From: Gemmatimonadales bacterium
Lineage (GTDB): Bacteria; Gemmatimonadota; Gemmatimonadetes; Gemmatimonadales; GWC2-71-9
Direction of reading: 5' to 3'
Length of the DNA stretch: 64,000 nucleotides
NCBI GenBank assembly: GCA_035711365.1
Contig: DASTCF010000195.1
Location: 6,644-70,643 of the forward strand
Shown: positions 50,921 through 60,935 of the stretch, one piece after another
Layout of the letters: every line of letters starts with the position of its first letter
Position numbering within the stretch: the first letter of the stretch is position 1
Position numbers and translations under genes: made by a program
Notes under the pieces: generated by a model
What the model saw: the letters and a program-made list of their open reading frames with translations, nothing else
Told to the model about the DNA's origin: nothing
The model's database searches: none

Positions 50921-51359
50921 CAGCGCTCTGGCCCTGACGTGGCTCGTCGCGGCGCCGCCGTGCCAGGCGCAGGATCGCCCGGTTCGGGAATTCGGGGTCG
51001 CGGCGGTCGGGGCGGCGGCGGATCCCGCCCTCGGCATCCTGGGCCTCACCGCCTCTTTGCGACCGGGGTACCGCACCCGGATCGGCGCGCTCGCCGGCGG
51101 TGGTCTCCGCGGTGACGCCGCGGCCGCTCGTATCGAACTGGCCGGTCACTTCCTGCTGAGCCCGCGATCCACGGAAACCGGCCTGTACGCCGGTGGTGGC
51201 ATCGCGGGCGTCTTCTCGGATGGCGAGAGTCTCGGCTACCTCGTACTGCTGATCGGAATCGAGGCGCGCCCGGGATCAGGCAACGGTTGGTTCGTCGAGG
51301 GTGGGGTGGGTGGTGGGGCGAGAGTCGCGGTGGGATGGCGTTGGCGTTCGCGAGGATGA
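50901..51359 (+). CDS. secreted Gly-rich hypothetical protein
   Basis: 152 aa. Signal peptide ending PCQAQ, then Gly/Ala-rich alternating segments. Confidence 0.5.
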   Translation: MTSSWASSALALTWLVAAPPCQAQDRPVREFGVAAVGAAADPALGILGLTASLRPGYRTRIGALAGGGLRGDAAAARIELAGHFLLSPRSTETGLYAGGGIAGVFSDGESLGYLVLLIGIEARPGSGNGWFVEGGVGGGARVAVGWRWRSRG

Positions 51360-51366
51360 TGGCAAG

Positions 51367-51393
51367 ACGCCCCGGGGAACTTTCCCGGGGCGT
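51367..51393. terminator. bidirectional hairpin between convergent genes
   Basis: ACGCCCCGGG-gaacttt-CCCGGGGCGT, a 10-bp stem 8 nt after the 51359 stop. Confidence 0.55.
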
Positions 51394-51410
51394 TGCGTCG
51401 GTTCGTCAGA

Positions 51411-51686
51411 TTACTCGGCGGAACCCGAGCCGACGGGCTCGGCCCGTCGCTGAACCACCGGCCGGCAGTACCGCTCGCCCAGCGTCCGCAGCCCGGCGAG
51501 GTCCGCCTCGGCCAGATCGGGATAGCGCTCGGTGAGGTACTGCATGGTGTCGTCGAACCAGTCCTTCTGGTGCTCGGGCTCGGCCTCGATTACACCGCAC
51601 CGAAGGATGTGGCTGAACAACTCATCACGCGCCTGATCGAATGATGCCGGGGGGGCGGGGGTCCGTTGAGACTTCTTCTTGGTCAT
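51411..51686 (-). CDS. hypothetical protein (91 aa)
   Basis: ATG 51686 within ORF 51411..51770, preceded by AGGAAGG. Protein starts MTKKKSQRTPAPPASFDQARDELFSHILRCG... Confidence 0.55.
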   Translation of the reverse strand: MTKKKSQRTPAPPASFDQARDELFSHILRCGVIEAEPEHQKDWFDDTMQYLTERYPDLAEADLAGLRTLGERYCRPVVQRRAEPVGSGSAE

Positions 51687-51740
51687 TGACCTTCCTTGAG
51701 GGGTGCACTGCACGAAATGCTTATGCATCGCGCGTGCCAC

Positions 51741-51770
51741 AATATAACGAGGGGCCGGGTCCCGGGGCAA
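51741..51770 (-). promoter_or_regulatory. weak sigma-70-like promoter candidate for the 51686 gene
   Basis: The minus strand reads TTGCCC-18 nt-TATATT. It is followed by small palindromes ATGCATAAGCAT and GTGCAGTGCAC. Confidence 0.3.
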
Positions 51771-51865
51771 AGGGGGACGCGCGTCGCGGAAATGGCGTAA
51801 TCCATTACATTATGGCCGGTTGAGGGCCGGGACCCCGGCCCGGGAAGCGGACCACTCGACGTTTT

Positions 51866-52168
51866 ATGGCAGACCACGACCAGATCTACGGCAAGGAGCG
51901 GGCGGAGCGATTGACGGAGCTCCTCCGCGCCCTGGCCGGGCGAATAGAGGAGCTCGATCGGCACGGGGAGTTGCTCGCGGGTGTGCCGGAGCTCATCCGC
52001 CTCCTTGGCGAGGCGCGAAGCGAGCTGTTCCACTACGAAGTGCGCAGCACCTATGATACGCCCGAAGTCGCGGAAAGCCGGCGAATTGTGGATGAAGCGC
52101 GGCGTGAGAACTTTCTTCCCCCTGAAGATCCGGAGGACGACGTCCCATGGCGGCCGACGCAAGACTGA
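51866..52168 (+). CDS. hypothetical acidic protein (100 aa)
   Basis: Helical, charged sequence (ERAERLTELLRALAGRIEELDRHGELL). Its 3' end overlaps the DsbA-like start by 22 nt. Confidence 0.5.
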   Translation: MADHDQIYGKERAERLTELLRALAGRIEELDRHGELLAGVPELIRLLGEARSELFHYEVRSTYDTPEVAESRRIVDEARRENFLPPEDPEDDVPWRPTQD

Positions 52169-52836
52169 CCCGATTCTATCGTTTACTGGGTGCCGCTGCA
52201 GTCGTGGGCGGCCTCGTCTTGCTGTGGCTCGTGTGGCGTCCCGCCACGATCAGCATTCCCGCCAATGTGGTTGTCACGGCCGCCGATACCGCCGGCTTCC
52301 ACGGGTACGCGCTCGGAGCGGAGAACGCCCCGGTCGAGATCGTCGAATACGCCGATTACCAATGCCCGGCCTGCCAGGATTTTGAGCTGGTCCAGTTCCC
52401 CGACGTGAAGAAGCAACTGCTGGACACCGGCCGTGCACGCTGGGTGTATCGCGATTACCCGCTGGACAACGCCCACCGATTCGCGAGGCTCGCGGCCCAT
52501 TCCGCCGCATGCGCGGATGACCAGGGGCGGTTCTGGCCGCAGCATGCCCTCCTCTATTCGGGACAGGCGGAGTGGTCCGTCGAACGGGATGCGTCCGGCA
52601 CCTTCCGCGACTACGCCGGGCGGAGCGGCCTGGACCTCGCGAAGTACGATGAGTGCATGAAATCCGCGCGGCACGCCGGCCGGATTCAGGCAAGTTACGA
52701 AACAGGAAACCGGCTCGGCGTGAACTCGACCCCGACTTTTCTCATCGGCGGGCGCCTGTACGCGGGACGGCAGAGCTCGGATGAGTTGAAGCGCCTCGTG
52801 GATTCGCTGGCACCGGTGGCGGCGCCCGCCCAATGA
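52147..52836 (+). CDS. DsbA-family thiol:disulfide oxidoreductase (membrane-anchored)
   Basis: 229 aa with an N-terminal TM helix and active site YQCPACQ. Confidence 0.88.
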   Translation: MAADARLTRFYRLLGAAAVVGGLVLLWLVWRPATISIPANVVVTAADTAGFHGYALGAENAPVEIVEYADYQCPACQDFELVQFPDVKKQLLDTGRARWVYRDYPLDNAHRFARLAAHSAACADDQGRFWPQHALLYSGQAEWSVERDASGTFRDYAGRSGLDLAKYDECMKSARHAGRIQASYETGNRLGVNSTPTFLIGGRLYAGRQSSDELKRLVDSLAPVAAPAQ

Positions 52837-53258
52837 CGCGGCGGATGGGCGCCGCCGCGCTGAGCCTCGCCGGCATTCTTCTCTCGGCGTACCTCTTCCT
52901 CTATAAGCACGGCGCCATCGGCACGCTCGCCTGTGGCGACGGCGGGTGTGAGACGGTTCAGCTGAGCCAGTACAGCGCGTTCCTGGGGGTGGACGTCGCG
53001 CTGATCGGCATCCTCGGATACGCGGTGCTGCTCGGGGTGAGCCTGCTCGGCCTGCAACCCGGGTGGCAGGGACGGCGATCCGTGGGAACGCTCCTGGCCG
53101 TCCTGGCGGGGGTCGGTGTCGGCTTCGCGGCCTATCTCACGTATCTCGAGCTGTACGTCATCCACGCGATCTGCCGCTGGTGCGTGGCCTCGGCCGTGAT
53201 TGTCACCCTGATCTTCGTCCTCGCCCTCCTCGACCGCCGGCGTTCCGTCCAGCTCTGA
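52833..53258 (+). CDS. vitamin K epoxide reductase (VKOR) family protein
   Basis: 141 aa. Loop Cys pair CGDGGC and active-site CRWC in the last helix. ATGA overlap with the DsbA gene. Confidence 0.85.
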   Translation: MTRRMGAAALSLAGILLSAYLFLYKHGAIGTLACGDGGCETVQLSQYSAFLGVDVALIGILGYAVLLGVSLLGLQPGWQGRRSVGTLLAVLAGVGVGFAAYLTYLELYVIHAICRWCVASAVIVTLIFVLALLDRRRSVQL

Positions 53259-53259
53259 C

Positions 53260-55203
53260 ATGACCTCCGCCGCGCACGGCCACCCGGGTCAGCAACACGG
53301 CCGCGCCCTCGCCCTGCTCGGCCTCGGTGCGCTCGGGGTTGTCTACGGCGACATCGGCACCAGTCCGCTCTACGCGCTCAAGGAGGCCTTCACGGGGGTC
53401 CACGGACTCCCACCCACGCCAGAGCACGTCTACGGCGTACTCTCCTTGATCTTCTGGTCGCTCAATTTCGTCATCTCCTTCAAGTACATCGTGCACGTGA
53501 TGCGGGCCGACAACCGGGGCGAGGGCGGCATCCTGGCGCTGCTGGCACTGGTCCGCTCGAAGGAGCGCACCACCCGGGGTCGCCACGTGCTGCTCGCCCT
53601 GGGTCTCTTCGGCGCAGCCCTGCTCTACGGCGATGGCATCATCACGCCGGCGATCAGCGTGCTGGGCGCGATTGAGGGGCTCGACGTGGCGACCCCGGCG
53701 TTCCGGCATCTCGTGGTACCGGTGTCCGTCCTGATCCTCGGCATGCTGTTCTGGTTCCAGAGCCACGGGACGGAGCGGATCGGCCGGTTGTTCGGCCCGG
53801 TGATGCTGGTGTGGTTCACGTGCATCGCGATCATGGGCATCCGCGGCATCCTGATGCACCCCGAGATCTTCCGCGCGGTCTCCCCGGTCTATGCCGTGGA
53901 GTTCTTCCTGCGGGACAAGTTGCAGGGATTCCTCATCCTGGGCGCGGTGGTGCTGGTGATCACCGGCGGCGAGGCACTCTACGCGGACATGGGGCACTTC
54001 GGCCGGCGACCGATCAAGCTGGCCTGGTTTACGGTCGCGCTTCCGGCCCTGCTCCTCAACTACTTCGGCCAGGGCGCGCTGCTGCTCGCCGACCCTTCCG
54101 CGGCTGCGAATCCCTTCTATTCGCTGGTCCCGGCGTGGTTCCTGTGGCCCATGATCGTGATCGCCACGATGGCGGCCATCGTCGCCTCCCAGGCCCTCAT
54201 CTCTGGGGCGTTCTCCCTGACGCGGCAGGCGGTTCAACTCGGCTACAGCCCGCGCGTCACCATCGTGCACACCTCGCACACCGAGGTCGGGCAGATCTAC
54301 ATCCCGGAGATCAACCAGATCCTCGGGATCGCCTGCATCCTGCTCGTGCTCGGGTTCCGGAGCTCGACGAACCTGGCCGCGGCGTACGGCATCGCGGTCA
54401 CCGGGACGATGATCATCACCACGCTGCTGTTCTATCGTGTCGCCAGGGAATTGTGGGGGTGGAGCAGGATGAAGGCTGCCGGGCTCACCGGGCTCTTCCT
54501 CGTGGTGGACGTGGCCTTCTTCGGCGCGAATATCGTCAAGCTGTTCGAGGGAGGCTGGTTCCCGCTGGTGGTGGCGTTCGCGGTGTATACACTGATGAGC
54601 ACGTGGAAGCGCGGCCGGCGAAAGCTTTCGTCGATAATGCAGCAGGCCAGCCTGCCTCTCGACCTGTTCCTACCCGACCTCGAGCGGCGTCCGCCGGCGC
54701 GCGTGCCGGGCACGGCCGTGTTCCTGACCTCCGTGCTGGGTGTCGCCCCGCCGGTCCTGCTGCATCACCTCAAGCACAACAAGGTGCTGCACCAGCGGGT
54801 GATCCTGCTGTCCGCGCTGACGGAAGAAGTCCCGCAAGTGGACGACGCCGATCGCCTGCGATGCAAGGCGCATGGCCAGGGGTTCTGGGAGGTCGCGGCG
54901 CGCTACGGTTTCATGGAGACGCCGGACATCCCATTGCTGCTCCAGCGGTTGGGCGATCCCGACCTCCCCGAGTCTCCCGGGGCGGTGTTCATCACGCAGA
55001 CGTCCTTCTATCTCGGCCGCGAGACTCTCATCGCGACTCCCCGGTCGAAGACTCCGCCGCCGCTGCCCGGCGATCCGCGCCCGATGTCCTACTGGCGGAA
55101 ACACCTGTTCGTGATCATGACGCGGAATGCGCGGTCTGCGACGGCCTTCTTCGGGCTACCGCCGAATCGGGTGGTGGAGCTGGGGGCGCAGATACAGATC
55201 TAG
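53260..55203 (+). CDS. kup: KUP/HAK/KT potassium uptake transporter
   Basis: 647 aa with signature GVVYGDIGTSPLYALKE. Confidence 0.93.
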   Translation: MTSAAHGHPGQQHGRALALLGLGALGVVYGDIGTSPLYALKEAFTGVHGLPPTPEHVYGVLSLIFWSLNFVISFKYIVHVMRADNRGEGGILALLALVRSKERTTRGRHVLLALGLFGAALLYGDGIITPAISVLGAIEGLDVATPAFRHLVVPVSVLILGMLFWFQSHGTERIGRLFGPVMLVWFTCIAIMGIRGILMHPEIFRAVSPVYAVEFFLRDKLQGFLILGAVVLVITGGEALYADMGHFGRRPIKLAWFTVALPALLLNYFGQGALLLADPSAAANPFYSLVPAWFLWPMIVIATMAAIVASQALISGAFSLTRQAVQLGYSPRVTIVHTSHTEVGQIYIPEINQILGIACILLVLGFRSSTNLAAAYGIAVTGTMIITTLLFYRVARELWGWSRMKAAGLTGLFLVVDVAFFGANIVKLFEGGWFPLVVAFAVYTLMSTWKRGRRKLSSIMQQASLPLDLFLPDLERRPPARVPGTAVFLTSVLGVAPPVLLHHLKHNKVLHQRVILLSALTEEVPQVDDADRLRCKAHGQGFWEVAARYGFMETPDIPLLLQRLGDPDLPESPGAVFITQTSFYLGRETLIATPRSKTPPPLPGDPRPMSYWRKHLFVIMTRNARSATAFFGLPPNRVVELGAQIQI

Positions 55204-55204
55204 A

Positions 55205-57157
<1,953 letters not shown>

Positions 57158-57542
57158 GGGCCAGCGGTCCTCTATATAGGAGTGGAGCGGCGGCGGCCGG
57201 CCTTGCAGCCGGGGTCTCCGTGCCGCGGAGTGCCAGTCTCCCGGCCCTGGTCACGGATTGCGTGGTCAAGTTAAAGTCATACGGGGCAATGGCTTGCCCG
57301 TCTGGCACCAAATTCGCCCTTCCCCAGGGCAGGAGGCCGTGGGCCTCCGGTACCATACAACTGATCCGCCCGATAATAGCACACCCGGAGCGATCCGGGG
57401 CCGCAAAACTAGAGGTCTCATCCGACCCGGATGAGATAGCTCGGTGCCGAAGGTGGAATGCGACGCTGTTTCAGCGTGGCGCGTTCGGCCGGTAGGCGTG
57501 GCGAACGAGTCACGCTTTGCTGTTTAGGGCAGGGGAGACAAG

Positions 57543-57857
57543 ATGGTTCCCGCGAGCCCGTTAATCCGTGAGGTCGTCGCGCCCGAATCCCTCGGGCTGG
57601 AAACGCGAGCCGCATTTCGCCAGTCGGCGGTACAGGCCCTCGAGTCCATGCCGGAAGGCGAGAGCCTCCTGGTGATCGACCTCAGTGCGACCAAGCACGT
57701 GGACTCGGCAGGCCTCGGTGCCCTGATGCTGGTACAACGCCGTGCCGGGGAACGCCGCCAGCGCGTGGCGTTGCGTGCGGCGAACGACGAGCTGCGGTTC
57801 CTGCTCGTGCTGACGAAGCTGGACGACCTGTTCGAACTGGAACCCGCGGGCGCGTAG
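57543..57857 (+). CDS. STAS-domain protein (anti-sigma-factor-antagonist-like)
   Basis: 104 aa. HVDSAGLGALMLV phosphorylation-loop context. GGGGAG lies upstream of the ATG. Confidence 0.8.
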   Translation: MVPASPLIREVVAPESLGLETRAAFRQSAVQALESMPEGESLLVIDLSATKHVDSAGLGALMLVQRRAGERRQRVALRAANDELRFLLVLTKLDDLFELEPAGA

Positions 57858-57874
57858 TCTTAAGTTGTTCCAAC

Positions 57875-57893
57875 GCCCGCCACTGCGGCGGGC
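57875..57893 (+). terminator. short GC hairpin between the STAS and receiver genes (possible attenuator)
   Basis: GCCCGCC-actgc-GGCGGGC, 18 nt after the STAS stop. No clear U-tract. Confidence 0.25.
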
Positions 57894-57917
57894 ACGGCGC
57901 GTCTTCCGGGTGCACAT

Positions 57918-58286
57918 ATGACTCATCAACCGGCTCGCCGCCGGGTGCTGTTCATCGAGGACGAGTTGGCGCTCCGCATCTCCTATGAGCGCTACTTCCG
58001 CTCCCGATACACAATGGCCTTCGCGCCGACCGGCGCGGAGGCGTTGTCCCAGCTGCAGAATTCAACGTTCGATGTCGTGGTACTCGACATGCGGCTGCCG
58101 GACACCGACGGTGTGGACCTCCTTCGCCGCATCGACGCCTCCCTTCCCGGCCTCCCCGTTATCGTCACGACCGCCTATGCCAGCGTGGAGCCGCAACTCC
58201 GCGTGCTCGACCTGCCGCATGCGGACTACCTCGTAAAGCCTTTCGATCTTGACGACCTCGCCGCCGCCATTGACCGCGCCGGCTGA
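57918..58286 (+). CDS. single-domain response regulator
   Basis: 122 aa with VLFIEDELA, VVVLDMRLPDTDG and KPF. Confidence 0.85.
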   Translation: MTHQPARRRVLFIEDELALRISYERYFRSRYTMAFAPTGAEALSQLQNSTFDVVVLDMRLPDTDGVDLLRRIDASLPGLPVIVTTAYASVEPQLRVLDLPHADYLVKPFDLDDLAAAIDRAG

Positions 58287-58989
58287 GGCGCCGCTGCTCG
58301 AGGCGCGCGGGCTGGCGCGCTCCTTCGGCGCCCTGCGCGTACTGCGCGGCGTGGATCTCGCGGTCCGGGCCGGCGAGATGCTGGCGGTCGCGGGACCGAA
58401 CGGTGCGGGGAAGACCACCCTGCTCCGCCTGCTTGCCGGGCTGATGCGCCCGACAGAAGGCGAGGTCTGGGTGATGGGCCGCCGACTGACCAGGTCCGAG
58501 CCCGAGGCGCGCCGGGGGATCGGCCTGCTGTCCCACCAGACCTTTCTCTACGACGATCTTACCCCCCACGAGAATCTGACCTTCGTGGCCCGGTTGTACG
58601 GGCTTCCGGATCCCACCGTGGCCGCGCGAGTCGCCCTCGAGGAGGTCGGGCTCGCCCATCGGGCACACGATCCCGTGCGACAGCTGAGCCGCGGGCTCCT
58701 GCAGCGTGCCGCGATCGCCCGCGCCCTGCTGCACCAGCCGTCCGTCCTGCTGCTCGACGAGCCCTTCACGGGGTTGGATGCCCCTTCCGCCGCGAGGTTC
58801 CGGGAGCTCCTTGCGTCCCAGCTCGCCCGTGGCCGGGCGCTCGTCCTCGTGACCCACCATCTGGCCGAGGCCTGGGAACTGGCCGGGCGCCTGGCGGTGC
58901 TGGTGGGTGGACGCTGGGCACTCGAAGAGGCGCGGCCGGACCGCCTGGTGGATTTCCTCCCGCGCTACGAGGCCCTCGTCCATGGGTGA
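58249..58989 (+). CDS. ccmA: heme exporter ATP-binding protein CcmA
   Basis: Walker A GPNGAGKTT, signature LSRGLLQR, Walker B LLLDEP. The start is uncertain (ATG 58249 or TTG 58270); either choice overlaps the receiver gene. Confidence 0.85.
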   Translation: MTTSPPPLTAPAEAPLLEARGLARSFGALRVLRGVDLAVRAGEMLAVAGPNGAGKTTLLRLLAGLMRPTEGEVWVMGRRLTRSEPEARRGIGLLSHQTFLYDDLTPHENLTFVARLYGLPDPTVAARVALEEVGLAHRAHDPVRQLSRGLLQRAAIARALLHQPSVLLLDEPFTGLDAPSAARFRELLASQLARGRALVLVTHHLAEAWELAGRLAVLVGGRWALEEARPDRLVDFLPRYEALVHG

Positions 58990-59662
58990 TGGGATCCGTC
59001 TGGCGCTGGCCGTCGCGGCCAAGGACATCCGGCTTGAGCTCCGGAGCAGAACGGCGCTGCTCTCGGCCGTCGTCTTCGCGGCGCTCGTGCTGGTCGTGTT
59101 CAATTTTGCCCGCGACCCGACGGCGATCAGCGCCATGGACCTGGCGCCGAGCGTCCTGTGGGTCACGTTCGCGTTTGGCGCCGTCGTCGCGTTGAACCGG
59201 GCGTTCACCGTGGAGCGGGAGAACGCCGCACTCGACGGCATGCTCCTCGCGCCGCTGCCCCGCAGCGCCCTCTACCTGGGCAAGCTGCTCGCGAACCTGG
59301 TATTCGTATTCGTGGTCGAGGCGGTCACCCTGCCGCTGTTCGTGCTGTTCTTCAATGTCAGCCTGGGCCACGCCTGGCCGGGAATCCTGGGCGTGACCAC
59401 GCTGGCAACGATCGGGTTTGTTTCGGTCGGCACCATCTTCAGCGCGATGGTCGTGCGCACCCGGTTCGCCGAGCTGATGCTTCCGGTGTTGCTGCTGCCG
59501 TTCATGGTGCCTCCCCTCGTCGGCGCGGTGCAGTGCACCGCGCGGCTGCTCGCCGGCCGACCGTTGAGCGAGATGCTGGGCTGGCTTAGGTTATTGACGC
59601 TCTACGATATCGTGTTCGTGACCCTATGTACGCTCGCCTTTCCAGCGGTGGTCGACGAATGA
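58982..59662 (+). CDS. ccmB: heme exporter protein CcmB
   Basis: ATG 58982 within ORF 58907..59662. Six-TM protein with the FTVERENAALDGMLLAP block. 8-nt overlap with ccmA. Confidence 0.85.
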   Translation: MGDGIRLALAVAAKDIRLELRSRTALLSAVVFAALVLVVFNFARDPTAISAMDLAPSVLWVTFAFGAVVALNRAFTVERENAALDGMLLAPLPRSALYLGKLLANLVFVFVVEAVTLPLFVLFFNVSLGHAWPGILGVTTLATIGFVSVGTIFSAMVVRTRFAELMLPVLLLPFMVPPLVGAVQCTARLLAGRPLSEMLGWLRLLTLYDIVFVTLCTLAFPAVVDE

Positions 59663-60360
59663 CGCCTACTCCTGCCTCCGCGGAGCGCACGCTTCGCCGG
59701 GGCTACGTGCTCACCGTGCTCGGCCTCCTCGCCGTGACCGCTGTGTACGTGCTTGCCATTTGCTACACGCCGGTTGAGGTGCGCCAGGGCCCCGCGCAGA
59801 AGATCTTCTACGTCCATGCCCCGTCGGCCTGGGGCGCACTGGTGGCATTCGTCCTCGTCGGCATCTCGAGCATCCTCTACCTCTGGTTGCACGACACGCG
59901 GCTCGACCTCTTCGCCGCGTCCTCCGCCGAGGTCGGCATTGCCTACTCGCTGGTGATGCTGACCACGGGCCCGATCTGGGGCAAGACGGTGTGGGGTACC
60001 TGGTGGACCTGGGACGCCCGGCTCACGCTCACACTGTTCCTGTTCTTCCTGTTCGTCGGGTACCTGGCGCTCCGGGCCGCGCTCCATGATCGTGGCGAGC
60101 GCGCACGGTTCAGCGCGGTCGTCGGCATCATGGGGCTGCTCCTGGTGCCGTTCATTCACCTGAGCGTATACCTGTTCCGGACCCTCCATCCCCAGCCGAT
60201 TCTGCTCAAGCCCAGCAGCCCGTCGCTGCCGCCGGAGATGCTTCGCACGCTTATGGTTGGAATGGCGGCCTTCACGCTGCTCTATGTCGGATTCGTGACC
60301 GTGCGCTACGCGATGGCACAGCTGGCCGACCTCCGCGAAGGAGACGCCGATGCCGTTTGA
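59659..60360 (+). CDS. ccmC: heme exporter protein CcmC
   Basis: ATG 59659 within ORF 59626..60360 (ATGA overlap). Trp-rich heme-handling motif WGTWWTWDARL. Confidence 0.9.
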   Translation: MTPTPASAERTLRRGYVLTVLGLLAVTAVYVLAICYTPVEVRQGPAQKIFYVHAPSAWGALVAFVLVGISSILYLWLHDTRLDLFAASSAEVGIAYSLVMLTTGPIWGKTVWGTWWTWDARLTLTLFLFFLFVGYLALRAALHDRGERARFSAVVGIMGLLLVPFIHLSVYLFRTLHPQPILLKPSSPSLPPEMLRTLMVGMAAFTLLYVGFVTVRYAMAQLADLREGDADAV

Positions 60361-60532
60361 CACGCCGCAGAACCAGGGCTTCCTCGTCGCGGCATACACG
60401 GTGGCGGCTCTCATCTACCTCGGGTACGCAGTGAGCCTGTGGCGGCGGAGCCGGAAGGCGCTAAGGGAGGCGGGTCGGCGGGTCCGCGGGTCGGCGGGTC
60501 AGGGGAGCAGCCGCTCAGCGGCCGACTCCTAG
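60350..60532 (+). CDS. ccmD: small single-TM protein, CcmD-like
   Basis: 60 aa. It overlaps the ccmC stop by 11 nt. TM FLVAAYTVAALIYLGYAV is followed by a basic RRSRK segment. The tail is encoded by a tandem octamer repeat. Confidence 0.6.
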   Translation: MPFDTPQNQGFLVAAYTVAALIYLGYAVSLWRRSRKALREAGRRVRGSAGQGSSRSAADS

Positions 60533-60550
60533 CGGTTGAAACTCGGGCCG

Positions 60551-60586
60551 GGATTCGCTTTCAGCGGCCCCATCTCGTTCAGCGCC
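60551..60586 (+). repeat. partial repeat unit (3' third of the ~95-nt family)
   Basis: GGATTCGCTTTCAGCGGCCCCATCTCGTTCAGCGCC compared with GGTTCGCCTTCAGCGGCCCCATCTCGTCCAGCGCC at 60703..60737. Confidence 0.7.
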
Positions 60587-60649
60587 AGGTTCGGCGGGAC
60601 AAGGCCCCCGAGCCCACTCGGAGAAACGGACCTGCGGCAAGCGCTGACC

Positions 60650-60742
60650 GAGCGGGGCCGCTTCGGCTCAGCACCGACACCCCCATCCCCACTCCCCTGC
60701 GGTGGTTCGCCTTCAGCGGCCCCATCTCGTCCAGCGCCTAGC
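60650..60742 (+). repeat. ~93-nt intergenic repeat unit, subtype Y
   Basis: Matches the reverse complement of 24111..24205. Confidence 0.85.
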
Positions 60743-60760
60743 ACTGAAACAGAGGGTAAT

Positions 60761-60855
60761 AACGCGAGGGAGGCCCGTGCCGGGAGGGCGAACCACCCCA
60801 CCGGGGCGGGGAGGCGTGGTATGGGTGCTGAGCCCGAACGGCGCGGGCCCCCGAG
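60761..60855 (-). repeat. ~95-nt intergenic repeat unit, subtype X
   Basis: Matches the reverse complement of 24241..24339. It is inverted relative to the adjacent Y unit. Confidence 0.85.
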
Positions 60856-60884
60856 CCGGCTTGTGGCAGCAAGCGACCAGAACA

Positions 60885-60917
60885 AACGACCCTCCGGTGT
60901 GTGGCCGGAGGGTCGTT
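60885..60917. terminator. perfect 13-bp hairpin just downstream of the aquaporin stop
   Basis: AACGACCCTCCGG-tgtgtgg-CCGGAGGGTCGTT. On the minus strand it is followed by TGTTCTGG. Confidence 0.6.
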
Positions 60918-60935
60918 CGCATTCCTATCCCGCAC

